Positions 42,343-50,903 of a stretch of DNA of 64,000 nt are shown here, piece by piece. Source of the stretch: Candidatus Krumholzibacteriia bacterium (GTDB lineage: Bacteria > Krumholzibacteriota > Krumholzibacteriia > JAJRXK01); NCBI GenBank assembly GCA_041484665.1, contig JBGPIA010000022.1, forward strand, positions 1-64,000, given 5' to 3'. Positions within the stretch are counted from its first letter, which is position 1. Each line of letters starts with the position of its first letter. The notes beneath the pieces were generated by a model that worked only from the letters and a program-made list of their open reading frames with translations, was not told where the DNA came from and did not search any database. Both the position numbers and the translations under genes were made by a program.

Positions 42343-43548
42343 ATGACGCACGGCACGCTACCGCGGATCCTCTGCGTCGACGATGAGCCGAACGTGCTGG
42401 AGAGCCTCGGACGCAACCTGCGGCGCTCCTTTACGGTGTTCAAGGCCAACGGCGGGGCTCAAGCCCTGGAGCTGCTGGCGCACTCCGGACCCTTCGCCGC
42501 GGTCGTCTCGGATCTCAGCATGCCGTTCATGGATGGCACGACGCTGCTCCGGCGGATCCGCGGGGAGTGCCCGGATACGATCCGCATCCTGCTCACGGGC
42601 CACTCCGACATCGACGCCGCCATCGCCGCCGTGAACGAGGGGGCGATCTTCCGTTTCCTGCGCAAGCCGTGCCCACCCGAGGAGCTGACCCGCACGCTCG
42701 AAGCGGCTGCGAAGCAATACAAGCTCATCACAGCCGAGCGCGTGCTGCTGGAGCAGACGCTCCACGGGAGCATCAAGACCCTCACCGACGTGCTGTCGCT
42801 GGTGAACCCCATGGCCTTCGGCCGCGCCAACCGCGTGAAGGCCGAGGTCAGCGCGGTCGCCAAGCGTATGCAGGTCAGCGACCTCTGGCAGATCGAGGTC
42901 GCCGCCATGCTCTCGCAGATCGGCGCGGTGACGCTGCCGGCCGAGATCACCGAGAAGATCTACCGCCGCCAGCCGTTGACGCCCGCCCAGCAGGCGATGG
43001 CCGACCGGCTGCCGCTGGTCTCCGAGCAGCTGATCGCGAACATCCCCCGCCTGGAGCCGGTGCGCGAGATCCTCAAGTATCAGGACAAGCACTTCGATGG
43101 CAGCGGGCTGCCGGCAGACCGCATCCGCGGCGCGGAGATCCCGCTGGGGGCGCGCCTGCTCAAGGTCGTGCTGGACTTCGACGCGCTCGAGACGGACCTG
43201 GGGTCCAGCCGCCTCGCGCTGGAGACCATGCACGGGCGCCACGGCTGGTACGACGGGGAGGTGGTGCGCGCCTTCGACGCGGTCCACGGCGGTCGCGACG
43301 CGCGGCCTCGCGTGCACGAGCTCGCGCTGGAGGAGCTGGTCGAGGGCATGATCTTCGTGGAGGACCTGGTCAGCCTCAGCGGGATCGTACTGGTCGCTCG
43401 CGGCCAGGAAGTCACGCGCAGTCTGCTGGAGCGGATCCACAACTTCGCCCAGAACACCGGCGTCCAGGAGCCGCTGCGCGTGGTGCTCCCGACCCCTGCG
43501 CCGGCGTGCGCCGACGAGGCGGTCAGAGCAACGACCCGCTCAGCATGA
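42343..43548 (+). CDS. Response regulator with degenerate HD-GYP-like domain
   Basis: CVDDE, SDLSMP, RKP receiver. Output domain has LSQIG in place of LHDIG and HFDGSGLP in place of HE..G.GYP. Confidence 0.85.
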   Translation: MTHGTLPRILCVDDEPNVLESLGRNLRRSFTVFKANGGAQALELLAHSGPFAAVVSDLSMPFMDGTTLLRRIRGECPDTIRILLTGHSDIDAAIAAVNEGAIFRFLRKPCPPEELTRTLEAAAKQYKLITAERVLLEQTLHGSIKTLTDVLSLVNPMAFGRANRVKAEVSAVAKRMQVSDLWQIEVAAMLSQIGAVTLPAEITEKIYRRQPLTPAQQAMADRLPLVSEQLIANIPRLEPVREILKYQDKHFDGSGLPADRIRGAEIPLGARLLKVVLDFDALETDLGSSRLALETMHGRHGWYDGEVVRAFDAVHGGRDARPRVHELALEELVEGMIFVEDLVSLSGIVLVARGQEVTRSLLERIHNFAQNTGVQEPLRVVLPTPAPACADEAVRATTRSA

Positions 43549-44854
43549 TGCTGGCGACCGTGAAGTAGATGATCAGCCCACTCACGTCCACCAGTGTCGC
43601 CACGAAGGGGGCCGAGGCGCTAGCCGGGTCGAAGCCCAGGCGCCGGAGCAGGAACGGCAGCATCGAGCCCGCGATCGTACCCCACATCACAACCCCGATG
43701 AGGCTGAAGGCCACGGTGAGCGCTATTGCGATATAGTGCGGCCCGTAACGGTGGAAGAGAGTCTGCCAGAGCATGATCCGCGTGAAGCCGATCGCGCCCA
43801 GGATGCCACCCAGCCCCAGTCCGGCCAGTACCTCGGTACGGACCACGCGCCACCAGTCGCGCAGCGAAACCTCGCCCAGCGCCATCGCACGGATCACCAG
43901 GGTGGAGGCCTGCGAGCCCGAATTGCCGCCGCTGGAGATGATCAGAGGGATGAACAGCGCCAGCACCACCGCGCGGGCGATCTCGGCCTCGAAGTGGCCC
44001 ATGGCGGTGGCCGTGAGCATCTCGCCCAGGAACAGTGCCGCCAGCCACCCCGCGCGCTTGCGGATCATGCGCAGCACGCCCACCTCCAGGTAGGGCGCGC
44101 CCAGGGCGGCGGTGCCGCCCACTTTCTGCATGTCCTCGGTGGCCTCCTCCTGCACCACGTCGACGATGTCGTCGACGGTGACGATCCCCTTCATGCGTCC
44201 TTGCGCGTCCACGACGGGGATCGCCACCAGGTCATGCTCGGCGAAGATGCGGCCGACCGCCTCCTGGTCCGTGTCCTCCAGCACGCTCACCACGTCGGTC
44301 TGCATGATCTCGCGGACGTGCTTGCCGGCGCTGGACGTGAGCACGTCGCGGAATGAAACCACGCCCAGCAATCGCTGCTGCTCGTCGAGGGCGTAGACGT
44401 AGGAAACGGTCTCGGCCCGGTCGCGCGTCTGCTTGCGCAGGTAGCTGATCGCCTCGTCCACGCTCATCTCGGGGCGGACGCGGGCGAAGCGGGGGTTCAT
44501 CAGCCCGCCCGCGTCGTCCTCCGCGTAGGCGAGCAGCGCCTGCACCTCGCGCCGCGTCGAGTCGTCCAGCAGCGCCATGAGGCCCTCGCGCTGGTCCTCG
44601 GGGGCCTCCTGGGTAACGTCCGCCGCATCGTCGGGGGCCAGCAGGCGCATCCAGGAGCGCCGCTGGCTGGGCGGAAGCTCCAGGATCACGTCGGCCTGGT
44701 CGCGGGCGCTCAAGCCGAAGAAGAAATCCTCGGCAAACGCGCGGTCGACCAACAGCAGACTCTCCGCCCGTTCGTCCCGGGAGAGGATCGGCCAGACGCT
44801 GCGCAGCTCCTCGGGCGTGAGCGCCTCGCTCTGGGCCTCGTCCTGCAGGCTCAT
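43523..44854 (-). CDS. mgtE: Magnesium transporter MgtE
   Basis: APDDAAD, AGGLM, CBS pair, TVDDIVD, RAGWL, FIPLIISSGGNSGSQ, DPASASAPFVATLVD. Alternative GTG start at 44860. Confidence 0.95.
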   Translation of the reverse strand: MSLQDEAQSEALTPEELRSVWPILSRDERAESLLLVDRAFAEDFFFGLSARDQADVILELPPSQRRSWMRLLAPDDAADVTQEAPEDQREGLMALLDDSTRREVQALLAYAEDDAGGLMNPRFARVRPEMSVDEAISYLRKQTRDRAETVSYVYALDEQQRLLGVVSFRDVLTSSAGKHVREIMQTDVVSVLEDTDQEAVGRIFAEHDLVAIPVVDAQGRMKGIVTVDDIVDVVQEEATEDMQKVGGTAALGAPYLEVGVLRMIRKRAGWLAALFLGEMLTATAMGHFEAEIARAVVLALFIPLIISSGGNSGSQASTLVIRAMALGEVSLRDWWRVVRTEVLAGLGLGGILGAIGFTRIMLWQTLFHRYGPHYIAIALTVAFSLIGVVMWGTIAGSMLPFLLRRLGFDPASASAPFVATLVDVSGLIIYFTVASIMLSGSLL

Positions 44855-44892
44855 CGTCACCTCTCCCTGCCCCGCAACGCGCGCCCGGACGG

Positions 44893-47800
44893 TCAGCGCA
44901 GCAGGCCCATCTTGCGCACGATGCGCTGGGCGCCGCCGTCGACCGCGTAGAAGTAGGCTCCGCTCGCTACGACGCGTCCCTGGTCGTCCCGGCCGTCCCA
45001 GGTCACGTCGTGGCTGCCCGCGGGCAGCGTGGCCGCCACGAGCACACGCAGCAGCCGGCCACGCAGGTCGTAGACAGCTACGCGCACCGGCCCGGCCTCG
45101 GGCAGGCTGAACCGGATGGTCGTGCGGGGGTTGAATGGATTCGGCACATTCTGGCCCACCACCAGCTGGGCCGGCTGCCCGCTAGGATGATCTTCCACGG
45201 CCACGCTGCCGCAGTCGGCGTTGCGGGCCCCGATGAGCCCGCAGCCCCCGCTCTGCGCCGGCGCCGCCGGCGAAGTGCTCGCCACGCGGTAGTCGCCACC
45301 GGCCAGGTTGCAGAATGCTGGATCCCCGGCGGCGTTGCCGTTGCTGCCGGTGGGGTCGGGGCAGCCGCCGTAGTTGCCGGCAGTATTGGAGAAGACCAGG
45401 TTGCACGCGAAGCTCGCACTGGCAGACTGGCACTGGACGCCATCGGCGAGGGTGGAGCCCCCGCCGCCGTTGAAGGCCAGGATGCTGTGCGTGACGATGG
45501 CGCTGCCCCCCGACAGGTAGACACCATTGGCGCCCGCCAGCGCCCCTGTGTTGGAGACGACGGTGCAATTGGACACGGTGAGCCCGGTGCATGCGTTGGC
45601 GTAGAGCGCTCCCCCGAACAAGCCCGCGTTGTTGCCCGCGAGCGCCACGCGCGTAAGGCTGGCGTTGATGCAGGAGTCCAGGTAGATGCCGGCGCCACCC
45701 AACCCAGAGGCGTTCTGCTTCACCAGGTCGCCATCGAGCGTGACGGCCGCGCCGTTCGCGAACAGTCCGCCGCCCACCGTGCTCCCCGTGCCCTGGCGCG
45801 TATTGCTCTGGAGCGTGTCATCCTTGGCGTCGAGGCTTCCGGTGCTGACGTAGAGGCCTGCTCCGTTGCCGGTGGCGGTGTTGTCCTCCACCGTGACGCC
45901 TCGCAACAGCACATTGCTGTTGGACGCGAAGATCGCGCCGCCGCGCCCGGACACTGCGTGGCCCGCGATACGGCCCCCGTAGAAACTGACCAGCTCGGGC
46001 AGCTTGGGGCTGCTCGTATTGATGACGTAGACGCCGCCTCCGTCGGGTACGACGCTGAAACCATCGCCCGCGTACGACGTGTTGGCGTGGAGGTTGATCC
46101 TGCGGAAGACGGGCGAGCCGTGGTGGACGTACATTCCCGCGCCCAGCAGCGCGGAATTCGCCGTGACCTCCACGTCCTGAAAGATCGGCATCCCGCCCAG
46201 CACGGCGATCCCACCGCCCCCGCCCCCGCCGCTGCCCAGCGCCGCGTTGGTGCCGCCGATGTTGTCGTGGACGTAGAGGTTTCGCAGCTTCGGCGAGGCG
46301 CCCTTCACCAACACGCCGCCACCGTACTTACCCGTGACCGGCTCGAACGGCTGGTCGCTGGCGACCCCGCCGCGCAGCTCGAAACCGTCGACCACGACGT
46401 TGCTGTCCACCGGCGACGCCGCCCGCAGTACGGCGCCGTCGCCGGCGGTCGGGCTCAGCACGGCCTTGTTGTTCACCGGATCGCGGCTGGTGTAACCGGC
46501 ATTCCAGCCGCCCAGCACCTGCATCGGCTTGCCCTGCAACTGCACGCTCTCGTCAAGCACCACCCCGCCGCGCACGGCCACGGTATCATGCAGGTCGGCG
46601 GTGTTGAGCGCGTCCAGCATCGTCGGGCACTGGTCGGGCACCTGGAAGAAGTGATCGCTGGAGATCTTGGCCATGCTCACGCGGCCGGAGCCCAGCAGCC
46701 CATCGAAGCCCGGGTTGCGGCTGTCCACCTCGTCCACCGAGGCGATCAGCCGGGCTCGCGCTTGCGCTCCGGTGAAGCCCGGAAACCTGCTGAAGATGAT
46801 CCCGACGACCGAGCAGGTGATCGGTGACGCGAAGCTCGTCCCGCTGGGCGTGCCGTAGGTGTGTTGCGATCCCCCGCTGGCGAAGCGGTTGTAGGCCGTG
46901 GTGAGGATGCCAGTCCCCGGCGCGCACACCTCCACCCAGGCGCCGTAGCTGCTGAAGCTCGCCCGCGTGTCCGACGTGGTGACCGCCGCAGCGGCGATCA
47001 CGTCGCTGCGGTTTCCCAGATAGCTGGGCAGGTCGGCGTTGTCGTTGCCCGCGGCGGTGACCACGACCACATTGTTCAGCACGGCGTTGGTCACCGCAGC
47101 GCCCAGCCCGCCGCTGTCGCTGCTCCCCCAGCTCGCATTGAAGACCCGCGCGCCATTCACGACGGCGTAGTCGATGGCCTGGGCGGCGAAGTCCATCCGC
47201 ACCACACCGATGCCCGCGCCCGGCGGCAGCCACCCGATGCGCATGGGCATCACCTTGCAATGCCAGGCGCCGCCCACCACGCCGACGCCGTTGTCGCCGA
47301 TGGCCGCAATGCACCCGGCAACCGACGTTCCGTGGCCTTCGTAGTCCATCGGATCGTTGTCCGCGCCGCTGACATCCTGGGGCGGGTTCTGCTCGCCGGT
47401 GACGCCCGTTATGAAGTCCCAGCCGCGGATGTCGTCGATCTTCCCGTTATGGTCGTCATCGAAGCCAGGGACGCCGTTGTACTCGTCCCAGTTGATCCAG
47501 ATGTTGCCGCGGGCGTAGTTGGGGCCCGATCCACCCAGATCTGGGTGCTGCCAGTCGACACCGCTGTCGCCGACGGCCAGGACGACGCTGCTGTCCCCTG
47601 CGGAGTAGAACCACCCCGCGATGGCCCGGATGTCTCGCGCCCCCGGCGTGGTGGCGCGCAGCCAAGCTTGCGCGTTGAGCTGGGGGTCGTTGGGTACGAC
47701 GGCGTCCAAGCTGTGGATCCCCACCGGCTCGACGCGGGTCACGCCGGGCAGGGCCCGGTAGCGCGCCACGACCTCCGCCAGCGGATGGCTCGCGTCGAAG

Positions 47801-48147
47801 TCCACGGCGTAGATGCGCGCCAGCACGTCTTGGCCCTTGAGCCCGCGCGCCCGCGCGGTGGCCGGCGTCTCCCCGAAGAGCTTGTCGAAGCCGTGGACGC
47901 CGTACGCCGCGTCGAGCGCGTCCACGTCGGCGCGGCCCGTGACGATGCGTCCATCCTTGCCGAGCGTGGGCTGCGGCGTGGATCCCTCGGCGAAGTGGAC
48001 GATGATGCGGTCGGCCACCAGCATACCGTCGCGTGGGACTCCGCCGTGATAGACGTTGGTCAGATCGAGCTCGTCTGCCGTGGCCGCGGATGCCCCGCCC
48101 AAGACGAACAGAGCCGCTGCCCAGGCCGCAAGGGCCGCACGACGCAT
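44893..48147 (-). CDS. Secreted S8 subtilisin-like serine peptidase with right-handed beta-helix region and FlgD-Ig C-terminal domain
   Basis: Catalytic triad VGDSGVD / GHGTSVAG / SGTSFASP, oxyanion AAGND, repeated N.A..GGG/GAG.Y beta-helix coils, C-terminal QNVPNPFNPRTTI. Confidence 0.9.
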   Translation of the reverse strand: MRRAALAAWAAALFVLGGASAATADELDLTNVYHGGVPRDGMLVADRIIVHFAEGSTPQPTLGKDGRIVTGRADVDALDAAYGVHGFDKLFGETPATARARGLKGQDVLARIYAVDFDASHPLAEVVARYRALPGVTRVEPVGIHSLDAVVPNDPQLNAQAWLRATTPGARDIRAIAGWFYSAGDSSVVLAVGDSGVDWQHPDLGGSGPNYARGNIWINWDEYNGVPGFDDDHNGKIDDIRGWDFITGVTGEQNPPQDVSGADNDPMDYEGHGTSVAGCIAAIGDNGVGVVGGAWHCKVMPMRIGWLPPGAGIGVVRMDFAAQAIDYAVVNGARVFNASWGSSDSGGLGAAVTNAVLNNVVVVTAAGNDNADLPSYLGNRSDVIAAAAVTTSDTRASFSSYGAWVEVCAPGTGILTTAYNRFASGGSQHTYGTPSGTSFASPITCSVVGIIFSRFPGFTGAQARARLIASVDEVDSRNPGFDGLLGSGRVSMAKISSDHFFQVPDQCPTMLDALNTADLHDTVAVRGGVVLDESVQLQGKPMQVLGGWNAGYTSRDPVNNKAVLSPTAGDGAVLRAASPVDSNVVVDGFELRGGVASDQPFEPVTGKYGGGVLVKGASPKLRNLYVHDNIGGTNAALGSGGGGGGGIAVLGGMPIFQDVEVTANSALLGAGMYVHHGSPVFRRINLHANTSYAGDGFSVVPDGGGVYVINTSSPKLPELVSFYGGRIAGHAVSGRGGAIFASNSNVLLRGVTVEDNTATGNGAGLYVSTGSLDAKDDTLQSNTRQGTGSTVGGGLFANGAAVTLDGDLVKQNASGLGGAGIYLDSCINASLTRVALAGNNAGLFGGALYANACTGLTVSNCTVVSNTGALAGANGVYLSGGSAIVTHSILAFNGGGGSTLADGVQCQSASASFACNLVFSNTAGNYGGCPDPTGSNGNAAGDPAFCNLAGGDYRVASTSPAAPAQSGGCGLIGARNADCGSVAVEDHPSGQPAQLVVGQNVPNPFNPRTTIRFSLPEAGPVRVAVYDLRGRLLRVLVAATLPAGSHDVTWDGRDDQGRVVASGAYFYAVDGGAQRIVRKMGLLR

Positions 48148-48416
48148 GGTCTACCTCCCTCGAAGGTGCGCGAGAACGATGTTGGCCAGGAGTCGATGGT
48201 AGCGCGGTGGCGCCCCGGAGGGAGTCCTGGGAAGCCGATGCCGGTGCCCGTCACCGCAGACGGGCTTTGCACCGCCGCACTAGGATAGCCACGGGCCACG
48301 GGCGCGGGCAACGGTAGAACGCCTGAACCTACGCCCAGGGGGCGCTGAGCGCGATCCTGTGCTACAGTTTGCCGCCGGTCCGCACCGCCGCACCCCATTT
48401 CCCCGGGAGCCGGACT

Positions 48417-49262
48417 TTGGAAGCCGAGCGCAGCGATTCCGCGCAGCAGGTCCTCACCAAGAACATCTGGGAGCTGGAGCAGCGCATCCAGCAGGGCAAG
48501 GGCGATCCCCTCACCCGCGTGGTGCTGATGCGCGCCTATGCCCGCCAGGTGGAGGCGGTGGAGGAGTCCCTGGGGATCCCGCTGGAGCAGCGCAGCTATC
48601 TCAAGGTCAATGAGCGCACGCGCGACGGCGTGCTGCTCATCCACGGCGCCGCGGGAAGCCCGGCGCAGTTGCGGCCCCTGGCGGACAACCTCTTCACGGC
48701 CGGGTTCACCGTCTACGGCATGCGCCTGCCGGGGCACGGCATGCCCCAGAGCGCCCTGGGCGGCACTCCCTGGCAGGCAGCCATCACCGATGCGGAGAGC
48801 CGCTACCGCATCTTGTCCACCTATTGCCAGAAGCTCTACGTCGTCGGATTCAGCTTCGGGGCTGCCGTCGCGCTGCACCTGGAGGCCACCCCCCGCCCGC
48901 GCGCCCTTGTGCTGCTCGCACCGGCGCTCTTCGTGCGCACCAGCCCGGTGATCGGCTGGCTAGTGCGGCTGGGCCTGACCCGCAGCCCTTGGGTTCGCCA
49001 CAAGCTGGGCTGGAGCGCCGAGCTGACCGGGGCGATGGAGTCGGCGCGCAAACAGACCTGGTGGTACGGGCTCCCTGTCCTGGCGGTGATCGCCGAGGAC
49101 GACCCCCGCATCTCCCCGCGCAGCGTCTCGTTCATCCGTGGCCACGCCACGCACACCGGGACCGAAATCGTCCGGTACAAGGACGGCGGGCACGAGTGCT
49201 TCGACGGGTCGCACCGGGAAGAGCTCGAGGCGGCCGCGCTGGCGTTCCTCAAGCGCAACTGA
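48417..49262 (+). CDS. Alpha/beta hydrolase (carboxylesterase-like) with N-terminal helical extension
   Basis: LLIHG, RLPGHG, GFSFG nucleophile, EDD, GGHE. TTG 48417 follows GGGAG, and an extended -10 (TGCTACAGT, 48360-68) argues against the ORF-track start at 48369. Confidence 0.8.
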   Translation: MEAERSDSAQQVLTKNIWELEQRIQQGKGDPLTRVVLMRAYARQVEAVEESLGIPLEQRSYLKVNERTRDGVLLIHGAAGSPAQLRPLADNLFTAGFTVYGMRLPGHGMPQSALGGTPWQAAITDAESRYRILSTYCQKLYVVGFSFGAAVALHLEATPRPRALVLLAPALFVRTSPVIGWLVRLGLTRSPWVRHKLGWSAELTGAMESARKQTWWYGLPVLAVIAEDDPRISPRSVSFIRGHATHTGTEIVRYKDGGHECFDGSHREELEAAALAFLKRN

Positions 49263-49346
49263 TCCGCGGCCGCGTTCCGATCACCGGCTGCCAACTCGTG
49301 CGCCACAGCTCAGCTGTCGGCCCGCGCTCCCACCCAACCTCCACCC

Positions 49347-49735
49347 GCCCCCGCCCCAATCTCCTCAGCTCCGCCACCACGGTCACGCAGCAGCAAAGTG
49401 CTCACAGCCCCCGGCCCCCCGCAATCTCCCCCGCGACACTCCGCAGCCCCGCGGCCAACCACCCGTACCAGCACGCCGTGCACAGGCCCCGGGCTCCGCA
49501 CGGTCCGCTCGCGACGGTCCTCGCCCGCCGGCCGATGAATCCAGGAATCGGCTGGCGGGCTGCGGAGTGTCACTCGCAGACCGTGCGGAGCCCGGGGCCG
49601 TCAGCGTTGTGCTGCTACCAGCAAGTCGCCGCGGGGCGAGGACGTCACGGGGGAGATTGCGGGGGGCCGGGGGCCTGCGGGCGGTCTGCTGCGGCGAGAC
49701 GATGACAGTGGAGCGCAGGAGATTGGGGCGGGGGC
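49347..49735. ncRNA. ~390-nt imperfect inverted repeat (rod-like hairpin); candidate large structured RNA or MITE-like element
   Basis: Perfect stems 49347-365/49717-735 (19 bp), 49407-433/49648-674 (27 bp) and 49485-505/49579-599 (21 bp). Apical stem 49523-536/49547-560 with a 10-nt loop. Confidence 0.6.
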
Positions 49736-49766
49736 CGGACGCTGGGCGGGCAGGGGAGAGGGGCGA

Positions 49767-50570
49767 TCAGTTCTCGCTGCCCTCGGGCAGTGCGAAGGTG
49801 AAGTCGGGGTCGGCTTCGCGCAGGCGCTGGGCCGCCGCCCGCACCGCCGCGAGCGCCGCGGGTGAGGGCTCGTGCTTCCACGCCGAGAATGCATCCAGGA
49901 AGCCGTCGTAGAGCCCCTGCAGGTCCTGCGAGCTGATCGTCACCAGCGCGGGATCGGGCGGCCGTCGCGAGAGGTGGTACAGGGTGCCCTCGCCGATGCT
50001 CTCAGTGAGGTGGAAGTACGAGGAGCGCACCCGGCGCAGGATCGTCACGTAATCGCCAAAGCCGTCTCCCAGCTTGCGCATGGCGATCTCGGGCGCGGTT
50101 GGGCGGCGGCGGAGGCGGCGCAGATTCGAGGACGCGATCAGGTAGTAGACCCCGCCGCGGTGGATGAACTGCTCAGGCTCGTGGTGCGTCAGCGCGTTGC
50201 CGGGGTGGTGCATCCCCTCGACGTGCCGGAAGAGCCCGATCGCCAGCAGCAGGTGGTCGGCGTTGGTCTGGTAGAGGCGGAAACGGAGCCGGTCGTCGTG
50301 GGTGAGCGACGCTTCCCGCGAGAGATCCAAGTCGCTCGTGTGCAGGTAGCGCCGCGCCTCGGCATGGTAGTCGGGCGTGAGGAAACGCGTCAGGAGCCCG
50401 ACCAGGTACACGTTGACGTCCTCATCGTACCCACTCTCGTTGCTGGGTAGCGCCGCCTCCTTGCGCGCCCCCAACAGGCAACGCATCAGGAACTCGGCGG
50501 TCGGGCGCACCGCGGAAGGGCCGGGCTGCGGCCGGTCGGCTTCGAGCGGGTAGTAGCCGTCGAAGAGCAT
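49767..50570 (-). CDS. Conserved-looking hypothetical all-helical protein
   Basis: GGGAGG RBS before ATG 50570, typical codon usage, motifs DEDVNVYLVGLL, ADHLLLAIGLF, GGVYY, KLGDGFGDYVTIL. Confidence 0.75.
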   Translation of the reverse strand: MLFDGYYPLEADRPQPGPSAVRPTAEFLMRCLLGARKEAALPSNESGYDEDVNVYLVGLLTRFLTPDYHAEARRYLHTSDLDLSREASLTHDDRLRFRLYQTNADHLLLAIGLFRHVEGMHHPGNALTHHEPEQFIHRGGVYYLIASSNLRRLRRRPTAPEIAMRKLGDGFGDYVTILRRVRSSYFHLTESIGEGTLYHLSRRPPDPALVTISSQDLQGLYDGFLDAFSAWKHEPSPAALAAVRAAAQRLREADPDFTFALPEGSEN

Positions 50571-50639
50571 CGCCGCACCCCTCCCCAGGCGCCGCGCTCC
50601 GCTTGAGCCAGGTTCGCGAGCCACGTAGCCCACCGGAAC

Positions 50640-50654
50640 GCAGAACCCATGCCA
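50640..50654 (-). promoter_or_regulatory. Candidate sigma54 (-24/-12) promoter for 49767-50570
   Basis: Minus strand TGGCATGGGTTCTGC (GG-N10-GC), about 70 nt upstream of the ATG. Confidence 0.55.
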
Positions 50655-50834
50655 AGCAACGACGACCGACCGGGCGGGAGGGCCCGGGGGCGCTTTGCAA
50701 CGGGGGAGAGCGTGTGGCTGCAATCCGCCCGCCGGAGGCACGCCAGGCTCCGCCCCGGGGCGCCCCGCACCCCCTCGCTCCATTGAAGTTCCGTGGGTTC
50801 CGGCCAGTTCCGCTTCAGGGCGGACTCGTCCCTA

Positions 50835-50849
50835 TGGCACACGATTTGC
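50835..50849 (+). promoter_or_regulatory. sigma54 (-24/-12) promoter for the MCP-like/CheA-like genes
   Basis: TGGCACACGATTTGC matches TGGCAC-N5-TTGC, about 55 nt upstream of GTG 50904. Confidence 0.75.
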
Positions 50850-50903
50850 CCGCTCCCCGCTCGGCGGAAACCGCCGCCATCCCCTTTCAGCAGGAGACTT
50901 CGC

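Noticed and set aside
49531..49546. Hammerhead ribozyme in the long hairpin (CCGATGA resembles CUGAUGA)
   Set aside because: The core is imperfect and no correctly placed GAAA/NUH elements were found by eye.
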